From contig JAQGDQ010000043.1 of assembly GCA_030141605.1 (NCBI GenBank), positions 1-64,000 on the forward strand: a stretch of DNA of 64,000 nucleotides, written 5' to 3'. The position numbers were made by a program, and so were the translations under genes. Each line of letters begins with the position of its first letter. Position 1 is the stretch's first letter. Positions 1 to 14,213 of this stretch are shown in pieces. A model generated the notes under the pieces. The model had not been told where the DNA came from, made no database searches, and worked only from the letters and a program-made list of their open reading frames with translations. This DNA is from Tubiluchus corallicola (Eukaryota; Animalia; Priapulida).

Positions 1-2085
1 GTAAATCTTGAAGTGTTTTGTTACCCATTTTAACAATTTGTTTTTAAAACCCGAGAAATCTTCATGTTTGTTTGCATTTTGTAATTTAATCTACGCATTC
101 TGTTGATAGTGTGTTATTCGTCAGTTTATGAAAGCTTGAAGTACTATTACGTAAAATTTTACCAGCAACAAGTTTTAGTTTGTGTGCCAATTTTATCGTG
201 CTTTTCCTAGTAACTGTTGACAAATGGGAAAATCTTAGAAAAATCTTATTGAAAATTACAAATTTGGCGATCATGATATCCACTATTATTATAGTTGCCA
301 CCACCATTCTTTTACCGTATTGTTTTCTGCTGTGTTCGTTGTGACTGTGCATAATTAAGCCATGTGGTTTTTACATGGAGACGTTGTCAGCCTTACTCAC
401 TAATTCATACGCTTGTGATTTATGACTTGACTGGTCAGTATTTAATTGATATCGCTTTAATTAATTAATCATTTCTTAAAGTGATCAGTTACTATTGATG
501 AACGTAACTGCGTCTCATAGTTTACCTGTACAGCGGTAGGTTTAAAAGTGAGGCATTGATGCAACGCAGGTTTTATTATTTTGTGTTCCCGAATTTTTGC
601 GTCTCAATTCGAAATGCATGTACTGCATTTACGTACAACATGTACAATTTTAAAAATACAGTGGTACAGTTACTATTTATTAGTCATAATTTTGTTGATG
701 AAAACATGTAAGTTTGTATTACTAAATGTTTGGCTGTATTTTTGTGCCCCTTCCACTGGTTTTTCGTCATTGCATTTCGGTTGTCATTAAGCTCATGGTG
801 GAAATTCAGATTTGCTCATTTGGCGCTGAAAATTAGTTCATGTGTTCTCTGATAGTTTCCTTATAAAATTTTGTTAGGTATAGTACTCATTATTCCCTTC
901 TGGAGTGTTATTTTGTTGAATTTCTATCAGCAAACTAATGTTGCCTTTTTCTTTGTACACAAGAAAAACCACTATCTTTAGAGGAATCCCGGGGGAGGAC
1001 ATTAGAGGTACCCAAAAGAAATCCGTCCCAGTTAAGTAACTTAACGCCACTGCTTAAGGCACGAAATCTCCCACTTTATCGAAGGCTGCACGAGGCATCA
1101 TTTTCACTTGATACAGTTCAGAGACATTCAGACATTTAGACACTCAGTACATGCAAGCAGGCAAGTAGACGGGAAGGTAACTCCGTTATGTAGACAGACA
1201 GACAAGCAAATTGTACGAGATTATTTTTATCGTTTACCTGTATAGTCGTTTTTGTCAGCATCGATTATCAATTGTGCAAGCCTGGAAAACTGCGCTATGT
1301 CTTCAGCCATTAAAGTTTTACAAGGTTAGTGAATAATAAATGGTACAATTACTGTAAATGTTAACCGATAGCGTCATTATCCACCTATACCAGCAGCATG
1401 GTTTCACATTGCATGATTTCAACCGCTCCTCTTTTAACACCTTCCGTCAAAAATGATTCTGAACATGTCAGATTCTTACAATTTAATTATCAATGTAAGA
1501 AGGGGCGTTATCTAGAGAAAGAGGTTACCTTTGTTTTAAGCACGTTGTTTGTTAAACCAACAAGATATAAGTAGGAACTAGGAGATAGACTGAAGTTTGC
1601 TGTGCTGGAAATCATTTTTTATTCTTGGTTACTTTTTATTATGAGCACTATTACTAAGGTATAGCATACCTAACTAGCTTGATTATGAGAGAAATTTAGA
1701 AAGTATAGCAGTTGTAGATAAAACTATTACTAAAGGGGTGTATGTTAACTTTAATGCAGTTAATACTGAACTTCTCATCAAGTTTAAGTGGTTTCCTATC
1801 AGTCCTATAATTTTCTCTAGTTCTGATGCCTGTGTTTATTGACTACATGAAGGAAAACCAGATTGTTCTTCGATAGTTTCATTGTGCAGTCGCTCATATA
1901 ATGTGTGGAATTTGGGGTCTGAGTACAGTAATCACTAAATTTTTCGATGACTGTACATGTGAAGGCAGAAAGATAACTATACATTACTTACAGATTAGTA
2001 CTAAGTACTTATTAGTACTTTTTGTACTGAAATTTTGTGCCTTCGCTTTACTGACAATAATACTGAAAACGGGTGTTTCGCATAA

Positions 2086-2174
2086 AGGAAAATCCGACCC
2101 ATCTTAAACTATAACCTCAAAGAATATTTTTGTTTCATAATCTGGAGTGGAATGAAAAATCATCCTGTTTTCCT
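2086..2174 (-). mobile_element. Ends-only 89-bp derivative of the same MITE, inverted orientation
   Basis: The reverse complement of its right end, AGGAAAACAGGATGATTTTTCAT, matches the 15329 left end at 21/23. Its left part AGGAAAATCCGACCCATCTTAAACTATAAC resembles the reverse complement of the 57795 end. Flanks are ATAA and TTAA. Confidence 0.65.
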
Positions 2175-5100
2175 TTAAGTAAATAGGAAACGCTGAAAAC
2201 GTATGTATGTGAAGGAAATGAGCATACTTAGAGGCTTGAACGTTACTTTAACGTTGACTTGAGAGCGCCTTGGTCCTTAACGCTTGCGTCTTTATAGTCT
2301 TGCGAAAATTTAAATTTTCATACTTGTGTAATATACTTTTCCAAGTTTCGAACTCAGCAAATTGAATTTTACTCGTTGTCGTTCCGCTGAGCGAAAACTT
2401 ATTGGTGGATTACTGTAAAGAAAATTGCAGCTGATTTGCCTTTCCAGGAAATTTCCGCGAAAAAAATCCGCCCGCTTAATCCGATTTCGCAGATACTTGA
2501 TCTGATTTCGAAGCTCGTTTTCATAAAAAAAACTTGAGTAAAGTTAGATGAGTGAATATAATTGTATCAAAACTAGTGAAGTAGTTCGACTTATATTAAC
2601 TATTTATAGTGCTATAACTGCTATTGTTTCATGGTTTTTGTTTTATTTTGGGGGCGCTGACTTCATTTCTGCAGGGCATCTGACATCTTTCTCTCTCCAC
2701 TTCCTATGATTGTTTTGGGATTTTATAAAAGAGAGCAATTTTTTGCTAGTCCCCTTGTATGTGTTTGCAACTATTGTTTAGGACCTGTATAAAATTATGT
2801 ATAATGTTAGTTTGTTTTATAACAATTTGGCCTTTTTAGGCCCGCGTACGTTTTTTCCTCACTAGACATTCCTAAACCCCTCACCACTTCAGATATTTCA
2901 TTTTGCATGCTTGTAGAAAGCTTCTTATTTAGCAATCATTCATTTTGAAGCCATCTCTCAGGGTAGATCAGTTCCATTCTGCCGAGGGGTGCGGTTCGTC
3001 AGGTACTCACTGAGATGGCTGAAAACAAATATCAGCTGACCGATCATTTGGAATTAGGGTATATGAAAGGGTTAAGAAAGCCGTCCGTCTGTCTGATTCC
3101 TAGAGAAAATCGTCTGTTTTTTGGTTGTCTGTGGTTACTGAGTCATGTTTAATAGCAAAGTTTCAGCCAGTGGGCGGATCTGCATATTGGAAAGGAGAGG
3201 ATGATGCTTAGGGTTTAGCTAGATTATTTAGCTAGGTTTAGTTCAAGTTTAGAGAATAAGAACGTTGATTTAAAATGCTTGAGACCTTTTGAATTTTTAC
3301 CTGTATATTTGGAAAGACGTAGAATGAATCTTTAGCTGTATCTGCGGAATAATGTAGGTACCCCTTCTAAGATTCGCCCCTTGTAGGCTTGAGCTAAGAT
3401 GCCGATATCTGCTGATCTTCGCCTCATATGCGCATATGTACATGACAGGCCCGTAATAACTGGAGTTTAATATTAAACCTCTCTCTGATCCATGATGGTA
3501 ATATATGGCTGACAGACGTACTCACAGTCTCATACACGCTTAGTTATTTTCAAAAAAAGATGTATACGTGAGAAGCGACGCCTGCAGGGAAAACTTTGCA
3601 GTTTCCCATAATTTCCAAAAGTTAATGTATGTGGGATTGTTGGTTGTTAACGTTGTTATCCCCACCTGTTGCCGTCGTAGTCATTGTTGTTGTCATTGCT
3701 CACAAGGTGTTGTCATTTGTTTTTAAAGTGGCAATATGTTTTTATTGTAAAACTATAAAATTTAGTTATCAGTAAATTATACTAATCATACTGTAAAAAT
3801 GCGGTAAATGCTTCTAAATCAGACGATTTACGTGACTGGTTTCGTACACTATTTACCAAAATTAGCATTTGAGCAATTAAGAGTTGTAAGAACGCAACTT
3901 AGCTCGTTCACTGTATTTTTCAGGTATTTTCTTTTTATATCTGTTTATACTATCGTAAAGTGTTGCTGCTGCACATATACAGAAATACCATAATGAGTTT
4001 TGATTTTTAGAGTCAGATTTTTTTACAAAAAAGTAGAAATTATCTGACTTGATATACTGCTTAATTAGAAAATGTGACTTACTTATTTGTCGTCTGTATG
4101 AGTCTGTTATAGCCCTTTTAAAACTAGCGTAACTAAAGCGTCTTATCACAGCATATGAGTGTGATTTTTAACGTGTTTATGAAACATTGTTTACAAGACT
4201 AGTACTGTTTGTAGTTGCAGACATTAGGAATAATATTTATATATTTACGCCGTTTCGCATATTTAACTAAAATATTTTTGTTTCTTTTTCCGGTGCTGTT
4301 TTCTCAACTGGCCGTTACCGTCATTCAGGTATGTGTATTTATATTCATTTGCAATTTTTTGCTTGGCGAGTATATTTTCCCGCGCCATAGAGTAAAGTTT
4401 TGATTTGGTGATGTTCGTATTTTGACAAGTTTTCCACTGTTTTAGCACGTATCCCGGGGACCTGTCTGTGTGTGGTTTCTTAAAGTTCATTTTTAGAAAC
4501 ATTCCGGTGCGGCAAACTGAATATATTCGTAGTGATTCTTATACATTTAAGGCTTTAAAATTTGCTTTTGTTAATTATCCGAGATGTTGTTTCTACGGAA
4601 GTTCCGCATTTTGTCTGACTTCCCAACCGAAATTTTGTAGAAACAATGCAATTACAGAAAAGTCAAGTTTTATTCCTTTTCTCCATACAGAAGCAACACA
4701 CCTCAAACGCATAGAAACACGCATATATTTTGTCCTTATAAACTAAAATTAAACTTGCGTGCGTAAATTTGTTCACAGAACTTCAAAAATACCGATCATT
4801 GCAACTTATGTAAAATGATTTATGATTTATTCTGGATTTGAGGTAAAGGGCACAAGGGTTTATTATTCTTTTGTTAGTTCATTTTAAACGTAAGCGCAAT
4901 CAACAGAACTAAGACAAACTAGTAAGTAATGTAGAAGAAGATAAACTACCCAGAGAGCTAAAACACCTCATCGTCATAGTTATGACTTATTTATTTACAC
5001 GTATATAAGTTAAAACTTAAAACAGAGGTTAAAAAATTAAATTCAAGTGTCATAAATGATTGGTGAAATTAACCGACATAAGACTTCTCTTAAGAAATAG

Positions 5101-8100
5101 TTGGTTATTGCAACGTTGCTGTGAATTTGTATTTTTGCTCCTTTTTGGAAGCCAAAGTGTTAGTTTCTGAATAGGACGGGAACGCTCCTAGAACAGTCTA
5201 AAACATGTCTAAAATACAAGGCTCGTTAAAGATAAAGAAATAATCGAAAGTTTTTGTACGAAAACGGTATTTTAAACAATCTAGAATGAAAAAACATTTC
5301 AGTAATTTAAAAATTTAGATAAAAATAACTTTTATCTAATGATAAAATTTGAAGAACATTTGAAGAGCAATTATTTTGCATAATGCAACCAGTCGGCGCT
5401 GTTCAGATATCAATTCTGACTGTTTTTTCAAACCCTGGCTTACTTGTTGTTATATCTGTCTACCTGCTTCCTTATCAGCAGCCTCCCTGTCAGTTTTGCC
5501 TGTCCAGTTCGACAGCTTTTTCTTCATCCGACGTTATTAAGCTTATGCCAGGTAAACAGAACTATTACCGGGTATAGACAGCTGAGGACAGGTGTAGACA
5601 GCTAGCACTCTTCTCACGAGGTGGTTTTCTCTTATGAAAATTTGAAAACTTGTCAGAAGTGTCAGGTATTTATAGCTGTAGGAATTCCTCTAAACCCTCG
5701 TTAATGATGTCATAATTTACGTGCAACGACAAGAACTCGCTTCATTCATGTGTTTGACAACACGTGTTCCCTGAAATTATCCTTTAAGTTTGCAATTTTC
5801 CACGAATCTCGATGTAACGAAATTATTTGTTTTCTATCGCCTGACACTTGCAAGAAGAACGTTTTCTGTTCAGTGCGAATACTAATTTTGTTTGATGGAT
5901 GTGTGTCCCTGTTCTGACAGAAGGCCTCGGATCTTTTCTGTTATGCTCTTGAGATTGGTAGCTCGACTCAGCATGGCTGTATGTACTCCGATAAAATGCT
6001 CCTATAAAACTGCTCCCAAAATCACTATGAGAACAAATCATTTTATTAGTTCAATAATTATCTAGGAGTGTTTCATTTCTGTTGTGGAACTGGGGAACTA
6101 ATCTTGTCGTGTAAATACAAAAACCACGACCTCGCATGAGGCTCATCTGGATAAGTTACCCATCATGTTAAGAAAAGACGAATAGTATATTGGACCATAG
6201 AAGCTGACAACATAGATATGTAGCAATTACTTGTATTTCTAGTATTTGCACTGTACTAATGACAGTTCACATCATTTGCCATCCCGCATCTAACCAATAA
6301 TTATCTGGATTTATGTCGTCTTTAGTGCTTACTAATGTACACAAGGGATAAGTGCGTGATCATCTGTACGAGTGATGCGTCTCTGTTTGCTAACCTGTGT
6401 AATGCTTCTGTGAGTGCCTATGGTTACTGAGGAGATACAATTATCATTTAAATGTTAGGCAGAAAAAGATATGTTTGTTAGCTATTACATCCATGAATTA
6501 TATTTGAAAGAATTTTTATGCTTTTCCACTTCTTAGAAGTAATTTGCAGATGCCTGATTAAACGTCATGTAAATGTTTAGTACTCTCTTCTCTAATTTGT
6601 GAACCAAAAGCCTAGAACCGTAATTTTTGATCTTTGGTTGAGTCTTAGTCCTTCACGTAAGCCGAATCATTCAGCGTGTGGCTTTATTTTGTAAGTTCCA
6701 CAATGTTTGCCAGTAACAGTGTAAGTTTGTTGAACGCATCGTTCACCACTTACACGTTCTTACTTTGTCAGCAGATGTGGACATCGACTTGGGCTTCATT
6801 AGGGGGTTGAAATCCTACTAAAATATTTGCCCAACTATGTAGAGGCTATTGGTCAGGTTTGAGTACATGACGGTAGTAGCTTAAGCAGAGTTGCCCTTGC
6901 CCAAGCAGGCCTCGGAAAAAACAGTTTTTGGATCTTTGGTGCTAACAGTTTTAGAATTTAATGGTCATATTATGATGTGGGAGACGTTTGGCAACTTTTG
7001 TTCTTGCAGAAGGTCCTATCGGCGATGGTCCACCTAATCTGCTTTATGTGAGACTTTGTAGCGGTTGCTCTGAATTTGATTTTAACTTTATTTATCAGTT
7101 AAAAAGTAAGCAATGGTTCCTTATGGTGTTCTGTCAAGTAAACTTGTGGGTGACCAAGGGAATTAGTGCCCTTTTTCACGTAAAATAACGCATTGTTTGT
7201 TTTTCTCTGTGGTGCATTTGAAAAGTATATGTAACGTAATTGTAAGATTGAAAAAGGTGATGGAGAAAAAGCGTGATGGACAAATTATGGGATCAGATAA
7301 ATGAAATACCTGTAAGGCTTTTAGACTGTACAAGTTGATTCACCTCAGCCAATTCCCTTACGCATTCCTTCTCGACCCTTTCCTCGTGTATTTGGAGTCC
7401 AAAGTTTGTACTCCCTTGCAGTTTGGATTTTATCCGTCTGATGAAGGTCAATACATCGAGCTAAATTATATAGTTAAGCTAAAATATCTGCTTGTCAACA
7501 TTTTTGTATTAGTTGATTAGGCCCAGTGCAGGTATATATCTTCCTGCATCCAAAAGTGCAGCTGCAGTTGAACCAACCTTTCCGGCTGGTGAGAGTTAAA
7601 CCGGTTGCAGGCGGAGTAACATTAGGTTGTTGATTTTGTCAGCTGCTGGTGCAAAGAAACTTAGGCTTCATCGCCTGTGTTTAAACTGGGAAACATTGCA
7701 TCCATTGGTGTGAAATGGGCCGCGTAGCTGAGCCTAAATATTTACAAATATACCACATTTCAAAAATAAATGGCTTGGGGCGTTGTTTATGATATGGTAT
7801 GATACAGTAACCTCGTTTACTTTGTTCAAATGCAACATGTGAAATCACACATTTTAAGTTTGGGTGCATTTGAAATGATTTAAATGATTTCATTTGATTG
7901 CATGTTGTCTCAACTTTTTTGATTTTCGTTTTTTTATAAAACACAGTGATATCTTTGGCTTTTATAAGCGTTTTAACTGTGCGCATAATTGTCTCATGAC
8001 TTTTTTACTTTGCCCAGGTAGTAGTTTTAGCCCTACATTTTTTCTACTGTTAAGTACAAATTAAAATTTTAGACGACCGTACTCGCCTGTTTAACTAGGT

Positions 8101-11100
8101 TCTATTGTTGCAGTAATGTTCAGCACCTGTTAAAAGAAAACTACTTTGTTTAGTTTTTACAGACAAAAGACGGTTTTTTCTAGCACCAATTCAAACGTTC
8201 CACTTCCAACTAGTGACCAACTGTTGGTAATATCAAAAATTTAATCACACAACTTCACATTTGCATATTGTTTAGCCGAAGTGAACAAAGAACATCCTTG
8301 TGGGCATCTCGTCTTATCTGGTGCGCCACGTTCATTGAAGATCTCACTCGTCAGTTCTTGTGTATTGTAAAACTTGCAAATTAAACATTTCTACTGCTTT
8401 AATAAACAGTTCAGTATCACGTTAGGGTACTTCAGCGACGCGATATATTTGCAATTTTATCGATCAAGCTAAGCGAGCCAAGTTTCGAGTGCCTCATCGG
8501 TCGGAAAAATCTGCGGCAGTAGCACTATTATGATTCCTGTAAATATCAGCGACGACAGAACTTTACCTTGCATGGCACCTATAACAGCAAAATCCACAAC
8601 CTTGACTAGTTTCTGTCGTAAGATTTGTGTTAGACATCTTTACATTGATTGTTCAATTCATGGAGTAAATAATTTCAACCGGACATTAAAAAATCTAAAG
8701 CTAAAAAATGTTGCCATGCCTTCTGTCAGCGACGTTTGGATAAACATGCGAACTAGACTTTAGGTGTTACCGTGCTGGGCACTGCTGACTATCAATTCAG
8801 TTGTGGAAATCTGTGAAACTTGTGTGACAAACTCTAATAAACAATCGATGCTTCTAAGGCTGTCTTACGAATCTGGCGAGCTTGTTAACTTGCTAAAATA
8901 GCGCATTTTTTGAAGTACTTAAAAAGTTAGGTGACAACATTGAGGATATTGAGGTTGGGCATGTTTGTGTTTATGAAGTGCACAAGAACATATGCCAAAA
9001 ATAGGTGACAGCGCTGCCGGATATGCCCGCGTGACTGTTAATATACGCGTGAGCTATGCATCCACGCGTACACTTCAGACGCAACTATTGCGCAGTGCAT
9101 TATGCAATTTTATCGTATTTAATGATAAACTTTACGATTTTTGAATGGCGCGTAACTTGAACCGTCTCCCGATTTAAACGCTCGCTATTTTCCATGCAAT
9201 TCTCGTAATTAAACCCGGCCCGGTTTGATGGAATTCTGACTCTCATGTAAATATGTGTTTAGCATAACAACGTGACTAAGTGTGCATTCGATGTCTATTA
9301 TTGACAACCCGCAGTCGCACATTTGGATGCCATTTAAGCCAGATAATGGGCAGAAAACGCGTAAAACGGTCCACAAAGTCGAAATTAAGCAAATAACGCA
9401 ACGCGTATCGTAGCTCAAATCTTAGACAAACTCGGCAGATAGGCGAGACTTTATTGAAATGAGTAAGAACGAGGCGCTCTGCCAATTTCGTTATACATGT
9501 AAATGCCTAGCGAAATTATGCGAGGCGTTGGTCAGAGATCGTGGCAGCAAAATTTAATGACTGCACGGCAATTTTCAGTTGTAATGGAATTTTGCTGTTT
9601 ATGGGTGCTTTTATTAATAGTTTATTCGCGTTAAGACAAAGTACTTATCGGAAAAACAGTCAGTTTGAATGTGGCAACTCTGTGTACTCAGTACGTACTG
9701 TAATCGGTCTACAGATCTGACACTAATATTTTGACGCTCGAAAATTTAAACAAAGTCTTTGTCCAAGACAAATGTTTCACATTTTTACTGGGATGGGGCG
9801 ACGCTTTCAGATTCAGAATTTCCAGTATTGCAAAGTTGCAGATTAGTGGAGCTTATGAAGAAAGCCTGCCAGTGAAACCCTTGCAGCCGTTTGTGTGACA
9901 GCCCCCAGCGTGTAGAAACATTGTTTCAATACCCGATTATAGACTGTTTGTTTAGAAGTTAATAATAAATGGTGATAATATTAATAATAACATTTGGGAA
10001 ACTTAAGCAACTACAATAAAACCTGCCATCTAAATATCAGAATCTTTTTTGTTTTAATTTTGTTAAAAAAATTCAGACATTGCTACCCACGTTGTAGCAC
10101 TGTTGTTTGTACCTATCATTTTACTATAGTACAAATACACGATATTATTATACGAAATGCTGAAAGACTCACATTTCATTACTTAATAGAGAAATTACTC
10201 GGTAGGAAATTACGGCTGCCATAGCTTATATAATCCTCTCTTTTCATATGCACCGGATTTCAGAAATTTATTAATCTCTGGTTTTAATATGCCGCTCAGA
10301 GACTTGAGACTACATTATAATATTATGCGCGTTGTGTTGACTTGCCTGGCTTGGTTTATGAAATTTTGCAGACCAAGAATTATGTATTCACTGCATCAGG
10401 AAGGTGGATAAAGGTTGGTTCATACCTATATGACATAGCCTTCTATCGAAGCCAGTAGGGTCTTGTTTAAAATCTGTCTAGGCCTCTAGAAAACCGATAA
10501 CATAAAAAGTGTTGACAAATTAGAACAGGAGGCTTTCACTTGTATAAATGCCTGATTGCCCGTATTGTAGGGTAACAAGTATTTTAAAACTACCGACGAA
10601 AAATCTCCTTATTTAAACGTGTGCACTGCACTATAGCCTCCTAATAATGCAAGCAAAGGCGATCCATTATTGGGCGTTGGTGTTTATCCAAAATACCCTA
10701 GAACAACTTTGCCAGTGCAAAATGGATTAATTTTAGGAACTGTCTTGTCTGTAGTTCTCAAGGCTGTAACCTGTAGCTACATTAATTTGGGTAGCACCAA
10801 ATCTGGCAGTTCACTGGATAAGTGACTATAGGTGTTTATCTCGTAACCTGGCCGCTACAGCTGGTTGCAGATAAAATGTAAGGATTCCATGAAAAAGTGT
10901 TTTAAGACCACTTGCAGCTCTTATAGATCACTGTTCTTAGTTTAACTGATCTTTTAACAGGCATTCTGGTCAATATGTTGAGTTCAGAAATCAGTCTTGT
11001 TGTTCTACCAAGCTTCTCCGCCCTAAAACCTTTCCCAATAAAATCCACCCCCACATAATGTTGTCGACTAAACTCCTGTTCTGAAAGCATAACATGCATA

Positions 11101-13880
11101 TGATTACGTTACACTAATCTCATAGATAAGTTGACAGTAAGATTATGCAATTGCTCAGGTAATCTTTATGAAAAGCCTGCTTGGGTAGGTTCTGTGATAG
11201 AATCAATAAAAGTGCTGGTTTTTAATTATGTAAAAATCAGTCCAATGCAAAATCACTTTTACTACTACGCGTATAAAAAGTTAAGAACGTGTACATGTAC
11301 AAATTTTCAAAATGTGAGAAATAATGTTTTGAGTTCTTCATCTTATAAAGCAAGTTGTAAGCTAGTAATTTTCCAGACAGTATTTTAATTGACACGAATA
11401 TAACTGGTCAGCCATTATCAGTTATGTATAGATTAGCTAAATTGCTTAATTTTTTGTTAAGTATTAATCACAACTAGAGGTCTCAAATTCAAGTTCACCA
11501 TAAAATTTATTTAGAGCAAGTGAAATGATTTCTTTAAAAGTTTAATATAAGTTTTCTATGTTGAAAATTTAAATTATTTAAAGGCATTGTCGCACTTAGC
11601 AACTTAAATAGTTACGATGTGTTTCAACTGTAACATCAAACAGGTTTATAATCACTAGTAGCTCATTAGCTATTACATAACATTAAAAAATAAGGCTTTA
11701 CTTTGCAGGGCTTATGAAATAACCTGTGTAACAAATTGTTCATTTAAAAAACTAAAGTGAAGGCTGCTAGATCGAGGGTTTTAAAAGGTCCATTTTGTAG
11801 TGAGACATTTCGGGCACACTTGCAGAAATTGACAGCTTTTTTGCAAAAAAGCAGACGATCGGTTGCCATGGCAACGTCCATGAATCACCTACAATATGCC
11901 CCATTTTGCTAATTGGTAGTCTGGAGTATGGGATGAGTGGAGAAGAAAGAGTTAACGTGTTTTTGGCATATCTTTGTGGAGAGGGCTTCATATTCTTGGC
12001 GAATTAGGCCTTGCTCGAGGCTGGGGGTTGAATGGCTGTTAAAGCGGTTGGGGTAAGGCTGGAATTAAGGTGTATGCAAAATAGTCATTTGGCGATGCCC
12101 ACTTTTTTAAACTCAATAATGCAATGTTATACGATTTTGAATACAAAAACACTTTGTTGATGAGCAACTTAACTGTTCATTCGCTTATGTATTGTTTAAA
12201 ACTATTGATTAATTACAATTAGTCATGCACACTAGTACATTGAGTCGAATAAGATATCTCTAAAGTATATGTATACATATAAGTAGCTTTAAACGTTATA
12301 CAGTTTGCCTTTTTGACCATGCTTGTAACCGTAATAGTTATAGCTATTAAATGAAAATGTATTTGATGATTGATTCCTTGCTGTATTTGCAATGTTTGAA
12401 AAACGGTTACATTTGTACATATAATTGCTCTTTGCCGTCATGCAAAGAAGTAAAAGCACCGGATATCCGCCTCGTCTCTTTCGGCGTCTTCATTTCGTGT
12501 ACTCCTTTTCACATTTTCACACAAGTAGACAGTTTTACACTCGTTGTCGTCGCATGATTTCCTAAAACGTGTAAAATTTGGCCAATTTCGACGCATTTTA
12601 CATGCACATAAACACCCAGCCCATCGATCCTAACTCGAATTCTATCTGTCAATTCACATGTTCACTGCGAAATAGGCAATAGGCATGCACATTCGGGGAA
12701 TAATCATCTAGCGCGTCTTTAGAGGTGCTTTCCGGGAACCGCAGAAGGGTTTCATTTCCGTCCCCACGTCAGTCTGCGTGCGTAGAACACCTGCTGCTTT
12801 AAAATTTACTCGTTTTATTGTCTGAACTACGTAGGCCTATCAATTTTTTCCTAATTTTTTTTAGAAATGCCTCATTATTAGGAAAAAAATCATTATCATC
12901 GTATTGTGTCATATTTTCTTCTATTCTCATTTCTGTCGTCCAAAATTTCCCTTCTGTTAAGTGCCTTTTTCTCTCCATTTTGCTCAAGGTCGATACGTTG
13001 AAATCACTGATCATTTAGCAGGAGAAATTTTGGTCAATGTGGAGTACCACACGGCTCTGTTTTGTCCTCCTTATTTGTCATTTAAGTTATCTATAAAGTC
13101 TGTATATTTTTGTAGATCATACATGGTTTAGATATAAAAGAACCCTGAACATTTAACGTGGTTTGATGGGCAGCCAATACAGGTTGATAACTACGAGGAA
13201 ACAAATTGTATGACAGGAAATGTATACGCAGTTTGGGGGCTGCTGAGCCACAATATACTCTTGTTTGTCACTAATTACGTTGCAGCAAAACTCCAATTAG
13301 GCAGCACAAATTTAATTACGGTTGTAACAAGATGGAGAAACAAGCATAGAGAAAGTGCGCCTTGCAGAAGTAGCTTGTTAACAGAGCGGTTCTGTCCCAT
13401 TATTTGCCTCTTGTTAGCAGAAGCCAAACCCGTGTTTGAGCGCTGCAGAACACGAATGTCCACTTCTCTGTCTTGCTTTGCCCGTTTTGTCATGTAAAAC
13501 AGTGGGTTACCCTTTTTCTCCAACTTCTCGCGTTCTGTTGTCCTATTGTTTTCTTTTTCTCCACTACTCTTGCAGTCTCTCCCATCTTTCGCCCAGAGAA
13601 AGTTTGACGGCGGTTTCCTTTGATTTTGTCCAGTGATAACTAATAATGAAGAGGTAATTTCTTAGTCCTGTCTAATGTTATCTGCCAAAATGTTATAGGA
13701 AGATTAATATTACAAGCTTGGCTTTCAGCATGAAATAATGCAAATTAAATTAGCTGAGTTAATCAAACTACTTAATTAATAAGCTGTCGTGCGATTATCA
13801 TTTCGTCATTTTTGACGAAATCAAAGCGTGACAGCTAATGCGAAGAAGCCAACCAAAAAATTCTGGAAAAAAATGTGCGG

Positions 13881-14213
13881 CATTACGTAATGAGGTTAGC
13901 ATAGTTCATCCCATGTCTGGCAAATGTTTTTTCCTATGATGTCTAAGTCTTGGCGGTAAAGAACACCAACGTATTACTTTTAAATACCTGGTGGCTCTAA
14001 TACATGTGACCAATATCTGTAATTTGCAGCTTTATAAACGGAAAGAATGTGTTAAAATTAGGAGCCCATCTGGTATAGCTTAGTTGTGCTCTTCATCTGA
14101 CGTCACTGTAACGTCACTTTTGTAAGGTCACCTGCGACAGATTTTACCGAAACCGAGGAAATTTAGCTTATTCGGGTCCCACGTGGAATGGTCTCCTTGC
14201 CACGTGACACTTG
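13881..14213. promoter_or_regulatory. Candidate intronic enhancer with a bZIP/bHLH/nuclear-receptor motif cluster
   Basis: CATTACGTAATG 13881-13892, TGACGTCA 14098-14105, TAACGTCA 14109-14116, AGGTCACCTG 14125-14134, CACGTG at 14180 and 14201. Motif-only evidence. Confidence 0.4.

Noticed and set aside
7430-7480. CTGATGA motif as a possible hammerhead ribozyme or Penelope terminus
   Set aside because: No properly placed GAAA and no convincing stems; at best a dead remnant.
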